Source: a virus (lineage: Duplodnaviria > Caudoviricetes). From it: a DNA stretch of 64,000 nt. A program made the translations under genes and the position numbers. Shown here one piece after another: positions 41,401 to 53,339 of this stretch (its first letter is position 1; every line of letters starts with the position of its first letter). The notes beneath the pieces were generated by a model. It made no database searches, was not told the DNA's origin, and saw only the letters and a list, made by a program, of their open reading frames with translations. The stretch is from positions 1-64,000 of IMG/VR virus record IMGVR_UViG_3300031760_003956. One strand, 5' to 3'.

Positions 41401-44400
41401 TGATTTAAAAAACAAGATTAAAGAGTTTAAAGAAACCGATACAAGCAATTTTGATGAAAATGCTTTTATTGATGATGTTAAAAGGAGAGCAGACGCTTAT
41501 TCTGATTTTCTTAAACAGTCAGCACAACAAGGCGGTATTAATTATAAAACTGAAACTGATGAAAAGGGTAATGTAAAATCTCTTGGTGTAGACGCTCTTG
41601 CTTCTTATTATAGTCAAATTAAAGGTTATGATGAGGACAAACTTATTAAACGTACTGCACAAGGTATTAAACTTAATACACAAGAACTTACAAGATTAAA
41701 TAATGAGGTTGCTAAACAAGAAAAGAGCAAAGTTGATGAAAGGATTGAAAAGTTACAAAAGAAACTTGGAAATCTAAATGAAAAGATTAATTCTTGTACG
41801 GACGCAGAAGAAAGATTAAACCTTGAAAATGAACGTAGTGGTATTCTTGATGATATTGAAAACACCGAACTACTTGCAGCCAATTATGAAGCACTAACTT
41901 CTAAGTATCAGGCTTGGCAAGACGCTTTGAGTAATGGAGAAGAAGGAGATTCTTATGACGCTATAAGAGATAAACTCAAAGATATTAAAGAACTATACGA
42001 CAAGGGTTTGGTTGGTACAAATGAGTTTAGAACTTATGTTGATTTACTGACGTTTAAGGATTTATCAACGGCTAATGTTGATGATATTGTTAAGGCTTAT
42101 GAGAATCTTGACAATAATATTAAGAATACAAGTTATAGCGTAAAAGACTTCCTCAAAGAAGATGAACAGGGTGTAAATAACTTCTTGTCTGCTATGAAAG
42201 AATTAGGTTACTATACACAAGGTAAAGATGGTGAATGGACTCTTAAAATTGCAGATAAAGAAAGTCTTGCAAAACAGCTTGGTATTAGTACGGAATTTCT
42301 TGAAAACATTGTACAGAAGTTAGATGACTACGATTTCACCGTAGATATTGATATTGGTGGAATGTCAGATAATGACTTACAAAATGCTTTTGATGATGTT
42401 CGTAAGAAATTAAAGAAAGCAAAACTCACCGATATGACATTTTCGTTCGATGAGAATACTACTGAATCACAGGTTGACGACCAACTTAAAGAGATTCGTA
42501 GGATTATTCATAAGAAGTGGACTACCGTAAATGGTGAAGGTCAAGAGGTTATTAAGTTTGACATTGATGATGAAAATGCTAAAGCTGCTCAAATTATTCT
42601 TGCTAATCTTTTAAAGAAAAAGCAAGAATTTCAAGATAGCGGAGCGTTGGCGTTAAAGGTTGATGTTGACAAAGACTTAAAAGACCCGAAATCTGACGCT
42701 GGTAAGGCTATTAATAACATTCAATCCTTTAATAAAGGTATGAATAAGTATCAAGTTGATATTCAAACAGGTACGGATACGAAAAAATCGACTAAGAAAA
42801 TTACTAAGGCTGTTGATGGTCTTAATAGTATTAAAGACAAAAAAGTTCGTGCTGAACTTGGACTTGATGATAAGAAATTTAAGAAGGCTGTTAAGAATAT
42901 TAAGGCTAAAGTTAAAGCTGGTGCTGATTTAGACCAAAAAGATATTGACATTGTTAAATCCAAAATCAAAGGTATTGACGCTAAAGCACTCGTACATCTT
43001 GGAGTTGATAACAAGGACGTAGCTGAGGAAAAGAAACGTCAAGAAGGCGAAGTTATCAATAAAAAAGTTCAATTTAGCGTTGAAAAAAGTGAAGTTCTTA
43101 AATTTGAGAAAGAAGACCACGATGTAAAGGCTATTCTTAAATATGCTCCACAGATTGATGAAGACGCATTTACCCGATTAGTTAATCAGGCTAAAACGAG
43201 ATTACAAAATCAGTTAAAAAATGTTAATCCTACGCCAAAGTCAAAGAAAAAGAAGAAAGCTAAAGTCAATGGTACTGCATTTGCAAGGGGTAATTGGGGT
43301 GCTAAAGACTCCGGTAGGGCTTTAGGTGGAGAACTTAAACCTGAAATTCACGTTTTTGCTAATAGTGGACGTTGGGAACTTATTGGCGAACGCTCTCCTG
43401 AGTTCTTTAATTATCGTAAAGGCGATATTATTTTCAACGGAGAACAGACCGAACAGTTACTTAAATATGGTAAGATTAATTACGGTAGTAAACGTGGTAA
43501 TTCATTCTTAGGTGGTACTGCGTTTGCTGGTTCTTCTGCTCGTGGTGGTATTAATCTTAATAGTCAAGGATTAATACCTAAATCTAAATCTACGAAGAAA
43601 TCTTCATCGAGTTCTAAATCATCTTCTTCATCTTCTAAAAGTAAGAGTAGTTCTGATAGTAAGAGTGATAAGGACACACCACTTGATAAGTTTAAAGATT
43701 GGTTTAGTAAACTGTTTGATTGGATTGAGGTTAAACTTGAACGACAAACTGATAAAATTAGTGACTATATTACTAAGGCTGAACGTGCAACAGAGCGTGG
43801 TAGTTATGACGCTTCTGTTAAGAATTATCGTAAAGCTATAAACACAACAAGTGGGCTTGTTGAAACCGAGGGTAAAGCAAGTAGGCGGTATAAGAAACAA
43901 GCTAATAAAACATTGGACGTTGCTGTTAGCAAAGGCGTTATTAGCAAAAAGAGAGCAAATTCGATAAAGAAACTTGTTAAGTCGGGTAAAATTGATATTA
44001 GTAAGTATAGCGAAAGTGTTAGAGAAGTTATAGGTGATTATCAACAATGGTATGACAAAGCCAAAGAAGCTAAAAAATCTATCGGTGAACTTCATAATAA
44101 TATTCGCACTTATATCAAAGACCTCAAAGATGTTCGTGACGCTCAACGTCAAGCAAAACTCGATAAACAGAGTACATTCACGGGTATTGGTACAAGTGGT
44201 TTTGCTTATACTTCTGCGTTTAAGAATAGTCAACTTAATTATCAAAACTCACAGCTTAATGCTCAAAATTCTGCTTATAAAACTGAAACTGATAAAGTTG
44301 TAAGTGATTCTAAGAAAATTGGTAGTAGTGCTACTTCTGCTCTTGGTAAGTTAAAGCCGAAGAAGAATCAGAAGAAATATAAGCAAGCTATTAAAAATGC

Positions 44401-46984
44401 TAAAAATGCAATTAAAGCTAAAAAGAAAGTTAAAGACGCTGACTTAAAAACTATTAAAAAGCATAGTGTCAAGACATATGAGAAATTATATGCTTATAAT
44501 CTTTCTTTGGATAATGTTGAAACGGCTAAACTTGAACAAGCGGCTAATTATGCTGAAACGAGTAATCAAAAATTTGCTAATCAAGAAGCTAAATATGAGA
44601 ACGACAGGCAAAAGAGCGAAGACAATATTAGTCTATTCCGTCAAAGAGCCGATAATGCTACTTCTGCAAGTGGTAAGAATACTCAGTTAGATAAAGTTGT
44701 TGCTCAGTACAATAAACAACAAACAGATAGACAAGCTGAGATTAATGATTTTGCGAATCAAGCAACGGCTTTTGGTAAAACTATTTCTAAACAATCTACT
44801 AAGGGTAGCGGTGATTATAGTCAATATATTACTCAGGCAAAGAATAACGTAACTGCTGGTACTACAATTAGTGCTTCTGTTCTCGCTAAACTTGCTGAGG
44901 GTTATAGTAAAGGTAAGATTACCGCTGGATTCTATCAGGCTTGTGTTGATTATAATAACGCACTTCAATACAAGAAACAAGCGGAAGACCAACAAGAGAT
45001 TGAAAACGAAACAATTATAGCCGAAAAACGTGCTATTGGTGAAGAGAAGATAAGCAATATTCAGAAAGATTATCAAAATAAACTTTATAATAATAGAGTA
45101 AATGGTTTGACCTCTGAACAGTTAGGTGCTATGCGTGATATTAAGACCGCAAAAGGATTATCGCTTGACGCTAATGACTATCAACAGCAGATTCAGCTAA
45201 GTCAACAACAGAGAAATATTTTGATAGCAGAACAACAAGATTTAATAAATCAAATGAATCAAAATATTGCTGATGGTTTGTGGACTTATGATTCTCAGGA
45301 ATACATAGACGCTTCAAAAGCACTTGATGAAATCGGTGTTTCGATTGCCGGTTGTACAAAGAATGAAATTGAATGGAATAATGCGATTATAAACTTACCA
45401 TTTGAGAAATATGAGAAAGCACTTCAAATCATCGACAAAGTTAAAGGTGCTTGGAGTGCATACGCAAGTATGATGAAGACGATTGGTAAGGATTTAGATA
45501 AGAGTGTTGAAACTGCTTATCTCCAACAGATAGCACAAGAAACCGAACATTATCAAACCACAGTAAAGCAAACTGCGGAGGCTTGGGCTAATTATCAAAA
45601 GGCGTTAGCTGATTCTGAGGGTGTTTATGGTGGTAAGACTGCTGAGGAATGGTTTGGTGAGTATAACGATTTTGCGGCGGCTCAATATTCTTCTTATGAG
45701 AATATTAAGAAAATTAAAGATGAACTTCGTGATGAGTTCTATCTTAAACCTTTTGAAAAAGCTATTGAAAAAGCCGAGAAACTTAATGGTTTGTTGGAGG
45801 GTATCGCTGAATTTATTGACGAGAGTATGTACTATGATAAAGACGGTAAGATAACCGAATATGGTATTGCACAGGTTGGTCTTTTGACTGCTGGTTACGA
45901 AAAAGCAAGAGAGCAAGTTGGCAATTATCAAGCAGAACTTGATGAAGTCAACAGACTGTATGCAGAGGGTTATTATACTGCCGATGAGTATGCTGATAAG
46001 GTTAATGAAGTACAAACTAATATGCTTAACTCAGCTAAAGATATGAAGTCTTCTATGAATAGCATAGTTAATATGTATAAAGATATGGCTAAAGCTGAGT
46101 TAGATAGTTTGTTTAAGTTAATCGAAACTCGCCGTGAGGCTATTTCAGCGAAAAAATCTTACTATGACTTAGACAAAACGCTCCGTGATAAAAACTCAGA
46201 AATTCAAAATCTTGAAGCACAGATAGCAGCACTTGAAACTATGGACGATTTAGAGTCTAAGGCTCAACGTGCAAGATTACAGGCTGACTTAAAAGAGAAA
46301 CAGGATGACCTTAACGAAACTGTAAACGACCACTTAATTGAGATTAGTCAGAACGCTCTTGATGACTTGAAAGACAGTTTACAAGACGCTTTTGATGATA
46401 AGTGGGAGCATATATTTACTGATTTAAGTCAAGTAACACAGCTTATGAGTGCTGCTAACGCACTTACTAAGGGTTCGACTTTAACTATTAATAATGCTCT
46501 TAATAAGTTACTTGGTTATTATGGTATTGACCCGAACAAAGCACAATTAAGTGATGTTGTATCTACGGCTTCTGCCGGATACGCAAGTGGTACAAGGTCT
46601 GTATCTCAAAGTGGGTTAGCTTGGACTCAGGAAGGACGTAAACCTGAGTTTATTGTTAGAAAATCTGATGGTGCTATTCTAACTCCTTTAAGCAGAGGTG
46701 ACGGTGTAATTCCTAACGACCTAACTGATAACCTGTTTGCTTGGGGTAAGATTACACCCGAAGAATTTATCGGTAAGACGGGTGCTGATTATAACACACC
46801 TGAAACCAATGTCAACAATAATGTTTACAATAATTACGATAGTTTGATTAGAGTAGACGGTAATGTTGACAGTACAGTAATTACAGATTTAAAGGCGTTT
46901 GGCAAACAATTTTACGAGGACTCTTATCAATACACACACAGACGTATTGTAAGTGATTTGAAGAAAATTGGTGTTAAACGATAA
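32455..46984 (+). CDS. tail tape measure protein; spliced join(32455..34039,34331..34442,34867..35088,35503..35749,37071..37394,39392..46984) = 10083 nt, 3360 aa
   Basis: Junctions restore TP901-type TMP motifs: WSRLG|YSIKDA, VSAMKA|FKIEAD, VGNAMKT|ISMRIRG, LEALAG|KRQGQVV and FGVG|IFKTV. Long coiled coil; followed by Dit. Confidence 0.85.
34040..34330 (+). ncRNA. group I intron TMP-1 (291 nt)
   Basis: P1 ggtT/Gacc; P4 tcggga/ttccga; P7 gagta/tactc; terminal G34330. Confidence 0.87.
34443..34866 (+). ncRNA. group I intron TMP-2 (424 nt)
   Basis: R ggttcaacgactatt and S gaagaaatagtct; P1 ggC/Gcc; terminal G34866. Confidence 0.85.
35089..35502 (+). ncRNA. group I intron TMP-3 (414 nt)
   Basis: R ctcaacgacca and S agaaatggtct; P1 aagaC/Gtctt; terminal G35502; strong sequence similarity to TMP-2 and TMP-4. 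Confidence 0.85.
35750..37070 (+). mobile_element. group I intron TMP-4 (1321 nt) carrying a homing endonuclease
   Basis: P1 ccggT/Gccgg; R gttcaacgacca and S gaagaaatggtct; ORF inserted after P7; terminal G37070. Confidence 0.9.
36152..37033 (+). CDS. intron-encoded HNH-type homing endonuclease with N-terminal Myb/SANT-like repeats
   Basis: Three W/YTxxExxxL repeats; C-terminal YKCVLT...EIHHLY...GVCV...HVLFHSMYG. Confidence 0.75.
   Translation: MRYTYTNDDIDFLRKYYPNGDWEKIEQRFPFLSKTAIYRKCQKLNIASNNTHRKDFDNTKNRRKWTEKETKILMQNYSYIPFDDLMKLLPNRTKDMINNKAKRCNLLSYQKITSKWKDWEVEYIQTNWFLIPDVIIAKNIGRTQRAVKWKREQMGLYRQNFESFSYPTISKYLRGQNQQWKKESMENCNYKCVLTDSKSFEIHHLYGVSNIINDIFDLYPKYKDKSFKDYSEKDLSFLLTEFLRIQSLYPLGVCVDKKLHVLFHSMYGQYFNTPEQWYRFCEDYKKGVYEEYI
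38134..38478 (+). CDS. intron passenger, hypothetical basic protein
   Basis: ORF track; AAGGA RBS; very AT-rich. Confidence 0.6.
   Translation: MIFSVDRFIELSKSKIKKKFKKVYLYDEYNNATGRNKERRYYYNKEIMLFLKEWEIELTYKTLIHKGVFTEKELSFEQFIKLFYIKIFENRYLCRFIDIKPMIDFINRVRQNND
38450..38779 (-). CDS. intron passenger, hypothetical protein (antisense)
   Basis: ATG 38779 after AGGGA; converges on and overlaps the + strand ORF by 29 bp. Confidence 0.6.
   Translation of the reverse strand: MSDFVDRKLTEEEFKLIKESVEIDGIFIMQEFSYRQDIINKMNNNTFINISDAIFYAPFVVLCLKERNNILSNEVKNEFNETKKQQLRQKLYLCNNLWRMINHYFAELY
38852..39292 (-). CDS. intron passenger, membrane-anchored protein (antisense; superinfection-exclusion-like layout)
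   Basis: AAGGAGG RBS; N-terminal I/V-rich TM helix, T/N/S linker and soluble C-terminal domain. Confidence 0.75.
   Translation of the reverse strand: MLQNKDKSEKNSIVFFVSIIVIIIIVVIGIVISLTTCKKSNTTDNPTNTNSYSDTDYEQEYTKPQMSTYYLKKAERAAMSYCSRVMSIYREVSSVVYTGDYNIIDEDTVYLDFNMTINGKPQIKSVSCQRRENGTWKASLYEYKVD
39321..39349 (-). promoter_or_regulatory. sigma-A-type promoter for the antisense passenger genes
   Basis: Minus strand TTGAAT-17 nt-TATAAT, about 30 nt upstream of ATG 39292. Confidence 0.7.
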
Positions 46985-47039
46985 TTGGTGGGGAGTTTTC
47001 TCCCCACCTCTATTATTATAAGAGAGGTGAGAAAAATAA

Positions 47040-47906
47040 ATGGTTGGTTTAGATTTTACTTATAATGGAAAGAAACTAAGTGACTTTGGTATGATTATGG
47101 CTAAACCGAGTGATACAACTAATATGGGTTTAAATAAAGAAATACTTAAAGGCACTACGACAATAAATAAAAAGCGACCGATTCATTATGGAGTAAAGTA
47201 CACCGATACTCTTGTTGAGCCGTTTTTTATTATTAAAAATCCAATTTTAAAAAATAAATCTCACACCGAACAATATCATAGAATTAGCGAAGGACATTTG
47301 CGAAAACTCTCTGCGTGGCTGACTTCACCCTCTACAATGCGTAAACTTGAAGTATTGTATGACAATCAAAACAAGATAAAAATGAACGGCGTATTTAATA
47401 ATATCACGCCGTATTATGTTAATGGATTAAATGGATTGAATTTAACTTTTACTTCTGATTCACCATTTGCTTATAAAGAAAAACAGGTTAAGGTTTCGGC
47501 ACAATTATATACTCCTATTACCAAAATTATTAATTGTGATTCTGACGAATTAGAAGATTTAATATATCCCAAGATTATTGTTAGACCACATAATGTAAGT
47601 ACAACAGGTAATTATTATGTAAAGAATAAGACTACGAACAAACTAATGGAGTTTAGTTTACCTTCTTGTACCGAAGCTGTTATTGATACACAGTTAAAAC
47701 GTGTTACTGCTGACGGATTCCCCGTGACAATGGAAGATTTAGGTTGGAATATAAACGAGATATATAATTTTAATGGAGTGGGTACAGGTACTTATGAGAT
47801 ATATTGGTTTTCCCTACTTCCGAAAATGAACGAAATTGTATTTGCTGGAAATGCTGATTTTATAGTTGATATTAGTATTCCGATTAAGGTAGGTGGCTTG
47901 CCGTAA
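47040..47906 (+). CDS. distal tail protein (Dit-like)
   Basis: DFTYNGKKLSDFG N-terminus and FTSDSPFAY motif; directly after the TMP. Confidence 0.8.
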   Translation: MVGLDFTYNGKKLSDFGMIMAKPSDTTNMGLNKEILKGTTTINKKRPIHYGVKYTDTLVEPFFIIKNPILKNKSHTEQYHRISEGHLRKLSAWLTSPSTMRKLEVLYDNQNKIKMNGVFNNITPYYVNGLNGLNLTFTSDSPFAYKEKQVKVSAQLYTPITKIINCDSDELEDLIYPKIIVRPHNVSTTGNYYVKNKTTNKLMEFSLPSCTEAVIDTQLKRVTADGFPVTMEDLGWNINEIYNFNGVGTGTYEIYWFSLLPKMNEIVFAGNADFIVDISIPIKVGGLP

Positions 47907-50900
47907 TGTTTGATTTTAATTTATACGATAACCCGAAGCCTTTGAAGATATTTCTTTGTAGACCTGATACGCATAAAGCAATATGTGAATTGAACGGAAT
48001 TGTCGAGGATACTTGTAGATTGAAATTGGCTGGTAATAATCAATATGAATTAAATTTCGATTATTATAGGTATATGGATATAAATGGTGAGCGAATAGAA
48101 ACTAACGGGTATGATAAGTTGTTGATTGATACCGAGTTGTTTGTAGAGAAATTTGGATACTTCAAGTTAAAATATCCTCCTTATACAGATGATGGCGATA
48201 AGGAAATGAAAAGTATCACAGCACATTCTATTGATTGTGAATTGGAAAACAAAGAACTTGTTAATTTTAAAGTGAATACAGGTGAAAAGGATTCTGCGGA
48301 ATATCTTGTTACCTATGATGATGGAGAAACCGAAAGTCTATTAAACGAATACACAGGACTTCCTTACGATTATATTGTATTTTATAATACTTTCCCTGAA
48401 CAGCTTACTGCTTTTAAAAGTTTTGTATTAGGTGGCGGTGCTATAGATGACGCAACCCGAAATGTTACTGACGCTACGAGAATTGCGAAATTTATGGAAA
48501 TGATAAAACTCATTCCTCGTCTTTTTAGCAAAGTTGTTTATGATTCAACTAACGATGAACATTCATTAATTGAATATATGAAAATTTTTTATAAGCAAGA
48601 CGGTGTTACGGTTGACAAAATACAATATAAACGAAGTGTACTTTGTGCGAGAATTGATGAACTATTTACCTTTTATACTAAATATCGTAATCAGCTTAGT
48701 CTTTTGACTTTGGCTATTGAAAAATGTAATTGTAATTGGTCTGTAGGTGATATAGATAGCAGTTTAGTGAATAAGAGATTTCAATTTAACGTGAGTGAAA
48801 ATATATATGCTTTCTTAACGAATGATTTAGCGTCAAAGACTAAGGCAATCGTTGATTTCGATAGAATCAATAGAAAGATTAATGTTGTGTTGATTGAAAA
48901 TTTAGGGAACGATTCGGGTGTATTTTTATCAAAAAATTCCCTAATTAATTCTGTCAATATAACTTGTAACGAAGAAAAGTTATGTACACGATACAATGTT
49001 ACCGGCGGTAACGATATTGATTTAAGGTATGTTAATTTCGGTCATTCACGAATTGACAATATTGATTATTATTTAAGCGTTCGTGATGATAGTGGCAACT
49101 TAGTTTATGTATCAGAAGAATTAGCGGAGAAATACAGGCAGTATAAGACAGATATAGAAATAGCAAGAGAGAAATACATTGAATATACAAAACAATACAA
49201 TCAACTCAATCAAGATATTCGGGCGTTTAAATATCGTTTGCCAAATGATGAAGTTAAGAATGACTGGGATACATATAGACTTGACGAGTTAGAGGGTCTT
49301 GTAACGGTTTATAACAATCTTCTTTGTACTCTGAAAACTTTATATAACGAAGACTACGGCGATAGGGGTTATACCAATGGTGAGATAAACGAAAACTTTA
49401 TGCGTACTACTGAATATTGGTATGATTATTACGCATATAAACAAGTTTTAGACCAATTAGACGAGGCTAAAAATTGTAAATTGAATGATGAACGATATAG
49501 TGAAATAGATAATGAGCAAATTATAGCAAAGATTAAAGCCTTTGAAACTGAGTGGAGTTTGTATGGAACGGTAGAATTAGAAAACAAAATTAAGTCATAT
49601 ATCGAACGAATGAATGTAATGATTGATGGTGGTTCTATCATTATTCAAGCGAATACTGATTATACTCCTAAAACTTGGTCTAATTTAAGCGTTGAGGAAA
49701 AGAAAAATTATAATAGTTTAGAGATAAACTATTATTATACCGAGTATTATAAGATTTACTCTGAGTATGTTAGTTGTAAAACTTATCTTGATAGCTTATA
49801 TCCTCAATTAACGCAAATGGAAAGCGACCTTGCTGACGTTACTGAGGATAGAAACAACCTTTTAAAATATGTAACTTTAGAGGGTTATGATAGAGATGAA
49901 TTAGCTGATTTGGTTGATTTGGATACTATAACAAGCGAAATACAATATAGTTTTACTGCGACCGAGATAGGTATTATTACGTCACTATATATTGATAGTA
50001 ATTACAGTAATGAGAATATTTTAACTACTTCTCTTGACGATACCGTTAGTACCGTTGATGTTGAAAAAGAGTTGTTAGAGGACGCTGAGGAAGAATTATC
50101 AAAAGTAAGTCAACCTCAGCTAACGATAACTACGAGTATTGATAATCTTCTCGCTATTCCTGAGTTCAAAGGTTATAATTTTGATATTTATAACTATGTA
50201 ATGCTTGAATATTATAAAGATTACTATGTTAAACTGAGGTTGTATGAGATAGAATTTAACCCTGTTATGCCCGAAGATGAAATTAGTGTTGTGTTTACTA
50301 ACTATATTAATTCTGCTTCTGAGCGTAGTGATTTATCATATATTCTACAACAATCCTCTGGTGGCGGTAGTAGTTCGGGTGGTTCTGGCGGTGGTTCTGA
50401 TGGTAACTTTGGCGAGTCTGATGATATTGATGTAACCATAAGTAATACTATGTTGGCTAAACTATTGAATACAGAAATGTTTGGTTCAAGGGTTACTGAC
50501 GTTGTATTGGATACTATTAATATTAAAACATTAACTGCAAGGACAGCTACATTTAAGGATTTAGCAAACGGCACTACAACTATTGATGGTGGCTGTATTA
50601 CTACGGGAGTAATAAAATCTGATAATTATAACGGTACGAGTACCACGAATAGTAACGGATTGAAAAGTTATGATATTGATAATACGACAGGTAGTATTAT
50701 TATTCTAAAAGACCCGAGCAATAATAATGTGTCACGAAACGGCACATTCAATTTCGGTGGAGGCAAATTGAAGTGGGATGGTTCAAATCTAACGGCACAA
50801 GGTAGGATTACCGCACATACGTTATCAACTGGTTCAAAAACTGGATATTATGACGCTCACGATGGTTTGTTTATTGATAAGGACGGTAATATAGCTGTCG

Positions 50901-52600
50901 GTAGTGCTAATACTGTTGAAATTAATAAAGACGGTACATTTAATTTTGGTAACGGACAGATAATTTGGAATGGTACTGCATTGTCTATAGGTGGATATAA
51001 TACAGATAATTCGTATAGTGGATATGTAGTTGATACTACTGGATATGATAATATTATAAATTTATATGGTTATGGTACTCCTACTAATGTAGGCTATTCA
51101 GCAAGTGAACATAATGGAAAAGTATATCTTAATACAAGTAGTGGATATTTATATCAATCCAATGGTAATAGTTGGGTATTCTATCGACCACAGGGGGCTG
51201 AAACCAATATTGTATTGCCTATGATTTCTAAAGGAGCAAAGTTAATAAAACAAATCAATCTAACTGCGGAGAATTTATCTATTAACGCAAACAAGATAGA
51301 TTTAACTGGTTATGTAACAATTTCAAGTCTTGGAGCTAATGGTACGACTACGATTGATGGTGGACGTATTCAGACAGGTGTAATTAAATCAAGAAATTAC
51401 GGCAATCTAAGTAATGCTAACGACCCATTATCAAATACCACGGGCAGTATTTTGGTGTTAGATGATGGTACGTTTAGTTTTGGTGGCGGTAAACTGAAAT
51501 GGGATAATACCAAACTTTCAATAGCTGGTGAGTTAAGTGCTGGCGGTAAAGATAGCCAAACATCAACCGTAGAAGGAACTTTTATTGATACAAATGGTAA
51601 TATTTTTGTAGGTGGTTATGATACAAATTATAGTGATGTTCAAACCAATGGCTGTGCAATTAAGATTTCTAACTCAGGAACAATTTACACACAAAATTAT
51701 ATAATGGACAGTAATAGTAATGTGTTATATACTCAACAGTCACAATTAACTGGCGGTACTTTGACTTTTTATCGTAATGGTATTAGACACGGAAGAATAA
51801 ACGCTGGTATTATGGGTACGACAAAAACACTTGGCTTAGTAACAGACAACAATGCTATTTTGGGTATAGGTGGTTTTAAATCTAATGGTGATGTTGGTCT
51901 GCATACTCTAATTAGTTCAACTACAAATTCTAATGGTGATTTAGTTGGTAAAGTAGAAACAGATAATGTTTATGCGGATAATATATATACGGATTACATT
52001 TATTCTCAAACTTCGGGAGTAGCTTTAGATTTCAAGTCAACTTTACATATTGGATATTACGATATACAAGCTTTTAATTACACAACATTTGTTAAGGTTG
52101 AAGCAAATCCTGATAAATTATATTTGGGAACACATAAAGATAATGATATTCCAACATATATTAGAGGTTCAAAAATATATTTAGATGGCGATTCAGGTGT
52201 TTACTTGGCTACAGGCGGTGCAGCCACTACGGTTTCTGATGAAAACGTAAAAACTTTATATGAAATTACTTCTAAATATGAAAACTTTTTTAAACGATTA
52301 AATCCCACGCTATACAAGTATAATCAAGGCGGTCATAGATTGCATATGGGATTTGGTGCAAGAGCCGTTGAACAAGCATTATTATCATCTGGTCTTACTA
52401 CGGAAGAATTTGCCGGTGTTGTAATTGAGCGAGAACATACTATTCCATCCGAGGTTTCATATTCGGGCGAGGATGAATATTATGAAGCGTTATATTCTTT
52501 GCGTTATGAGGAATTTACTGCTCTCAACACTTATATGATACAGAAACTTATGACAAAAATTCAAGAATTAGAAACAGAAATAGAACAATTAAAAGATTAA
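47906..52600 (+). CDS. large tail/baseplate (Tal-like) protein with C-terminal intramolecular chaperone (peptidase S74-like)
   Basis: Follows Dit; duplicated TTTIDGGxIxTGVIKS...GTFxFGGGKLKWD segments; C-terminal SDENVK...HMGFGA...YSLRYEEF plus coiled coil. Confidence 0.78.
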   Translation: MFDFNLYDNPKPLKIFLCRPDTHKAICELNGIVEDTCRLKLAGNNQYELNFDYYRYMDINGERIETNGYDKLLIDTELFVEKFGYFKLKYPPYTDDGDKEMKSITAHSIDCELENKELVNFKVNTGEKDSAEYLVTYDDGETESLLNEYTGLPYDYIVFYNTFPEQLTAFKSFVLGGGAIDDATRNVTDATRIAKFMEMIKLIPRLFSKVVYDSTNDEHSLIEYMKIFYKQDGVTVDKIQYKRSVLCARIDELFTFYTKYRNQLSLLTLAIEKCNCNWSVGDIDSSLVNKRFQFNVSENIYAFLTNDLASKTKAIVDFDRINRKINVVLIENLGNDSGVFLSKNSLINSVNITCNEEKLCTRYNVTGGNDIDLRYVNFGHSRIDNIDYYLSVRDDSGNLVYVSEELAEKYRQYKTDIEIAREKYIEYTKQYNQLNQDIRAFKYRLPNDEVKNDWDTYRLDELEGLVTVYNNLLCTLKTLYNEDYGDRGYTNGEINENFMRTTEYWYDYYAYKQVLDQLDEAKNCKLNDERYSEIDNEQIIAKIKAFETEWSLYGTVELENKIKSYIERMNVMIDGGSIIIQANTDYTPKTWSNLSVEEKKNYNSLEINYYYTEYYKIYSEYVSCKTYLDSLYPQLTQMESDLADVTEDRNNLLKYVTLEGYDRDELADLVDLDTITSEIQYSFTATEIGIITSLYIDSNYSNENILTTSLDDTVSTVDVEKELLEDAEEELSKVSQPQLTITTSIDNLLAIPEFKGYNFDIYNYVMLEYYKDYYVKLRLYEIEFNPVMPEDEISVVFTNYINSASERSDLSYILQQSSGGGSSSGGSGGGSDGNFGESDDIDVTISNTMLAKLLNTEMFGSRVTDVVLDTINIKTLTARTATFKDLANGTTTIDGGCITTGVIKSDNYNGTSTTNSNGLKSYDIDNTTGSIIILKDPSNNNVSRNGTFNFGGGKLKWDGSNLTAQGRITAHTLSTGSKTGYYDAHDGLFIDKDGNIAVGSANTVEINKDGTFNFGNGQIIWNGTALSIGGYNTDNSYSGYVVDTTGYDNIINLYGYGTPTNVGYSASEHNGKVYLNTSSGYLYQSNGNSWVFYRPQGAETNIVLPMISKGAKLIKQINLTAENLSINANKIDLTGYVTISSLGANGTTTIDGGRIQTGVIKSRNYGNLSNANDPLSNTTGSILVLDDGTFSFGGGKLKWDNTKLSIAGELSAGGKDSQTSTVEGTFIDTNGNIFVGGYDTNYSDVQTNGCAIKISNSGTIYTQNYIMDSNSNVLYTQQSQLTGGTLTFYRNGIRHGRINAGIMGTTKTLGLVTDNNAILGIGGFKSNGDVGLHTLISSTTNSNGDLVGKVETDNVYADNIYTDYIYSQTSGVALDFKSTLHIGYYDIQAFNYTTFVKVEANPDKLYLGTHKDNDIPTYIRGSKIYLDGDSGVYLATGGAATTVSDENVKTLYEITSKYENFFKRLNPTLYKYNQGGHRLHMGFGARAVEQALLSSGLTTEEFAGVVIEREHTIPSEVSYSGEDEYYEALYSLRYEEFTALNTYMIQKLMTKIQELETEIEQLKD

Positions 52601-52619
52601 ATGAAAGAAGGAAAATAAT

Positions 52620-52856
52620 ATGCAAAAACCCATAAGTATGGTAATAGATGAATTTGAGAAAAACCTTGCTAACTGTATAAATCAGGCTATGAATCAGTCA
52701 GGTTTACACGTTAGTATTGTAAAGTCGATACTTGGCAATTTCTATAATGAAGTTTGTTCTGCTTCGGAGCAAGTAACTAAAAATGATATTGCTATGTATA
52801 ATCAAAAAATAAAAGAAGAAACAAAAAAATCTGAAACAGAAAAATCTAAGGAGTGA
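52620..52856 (+). CDS. small hypothetical protein
   Basis: ORF track; RBS present. Confidence 0.65.
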   Translation: MQKPISMVIDEFEKNLANCINQAMNQSGLHVSIVKSILGNFYNEVCSASEQVTKNDIAMYNQKIKEETKKSETEKSKE

Positions 52857-52861
52857 TTTAT

Positions 52862-53251
52862 ATGAAATCTATTATGAATCTTGCAAAGTTTTTATATGAA
52901 AACTGGACTGTTATTTTAATTTTGGTATCTCTTGTAATAGGAATTGTGAAGAAGACGATTGATTTCAAGAGTCAACCGAGAGAGAAACAGGTTAAGGCTA
53001 TTAAGACAATACTTAAAAACACAATGCTTGATTATGTAACAAATGCAGAGGTTGAATATTCAGAATGGCGTAAGTCTGGTGACATTAAGCGTTCTCAGGT
53101 AATTAAGAAGATTTATGAGGATTATCCTGTTTTGTCAAAAGTAGTAGACCAAAAAGGGTTAGAGGAATGGATAGATGATACTATTGATGAATCTCTTGAT
53201 AGTCTTAGAGATATAATTGAGGAAATTGATAACAAAACAGATGTTGAGTAA
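52862..53251 (+). CDS. holin-like membrane protein
   Basis: N-terminal TM helix; VTNAE...SGDIKRSQV motif. Confidence 0.55.
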   Translation: MKSIMNLAKFLYENWTVILILVSLVIGIVKKTIDFKSQPREKQVKAIKTILKNTMLDYVTNAEVEYSEWRKSGDIKRSQVIKKIYEDYPVLSKVVDQKGLEEWIDDTIDESLDSLRDIIEEIDNKTDVE

Positions 53252-53339
53252 TTAGAAAGAAATAAAAAGAAACCTTGTCGTATGCAATAGCATACGGTTT
53301 TTTGTTTATGCAAGAAATAATTTATGGAGGAATCTTAAA

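Noticed and set aside
11204-46984. Stop-codon reassignment, frameshifts or pseudogenes as the cause of the broken RNAP, terminase and TMP ORFs
   Set aside because: Each break coincides with a 288-1997 nt insert that has group I core elements and restores the frame on removal. TAG and TGA end ordinary genes just before the next RBS, and the tRNA anticodon is TTG (Gln), not a suppressor.
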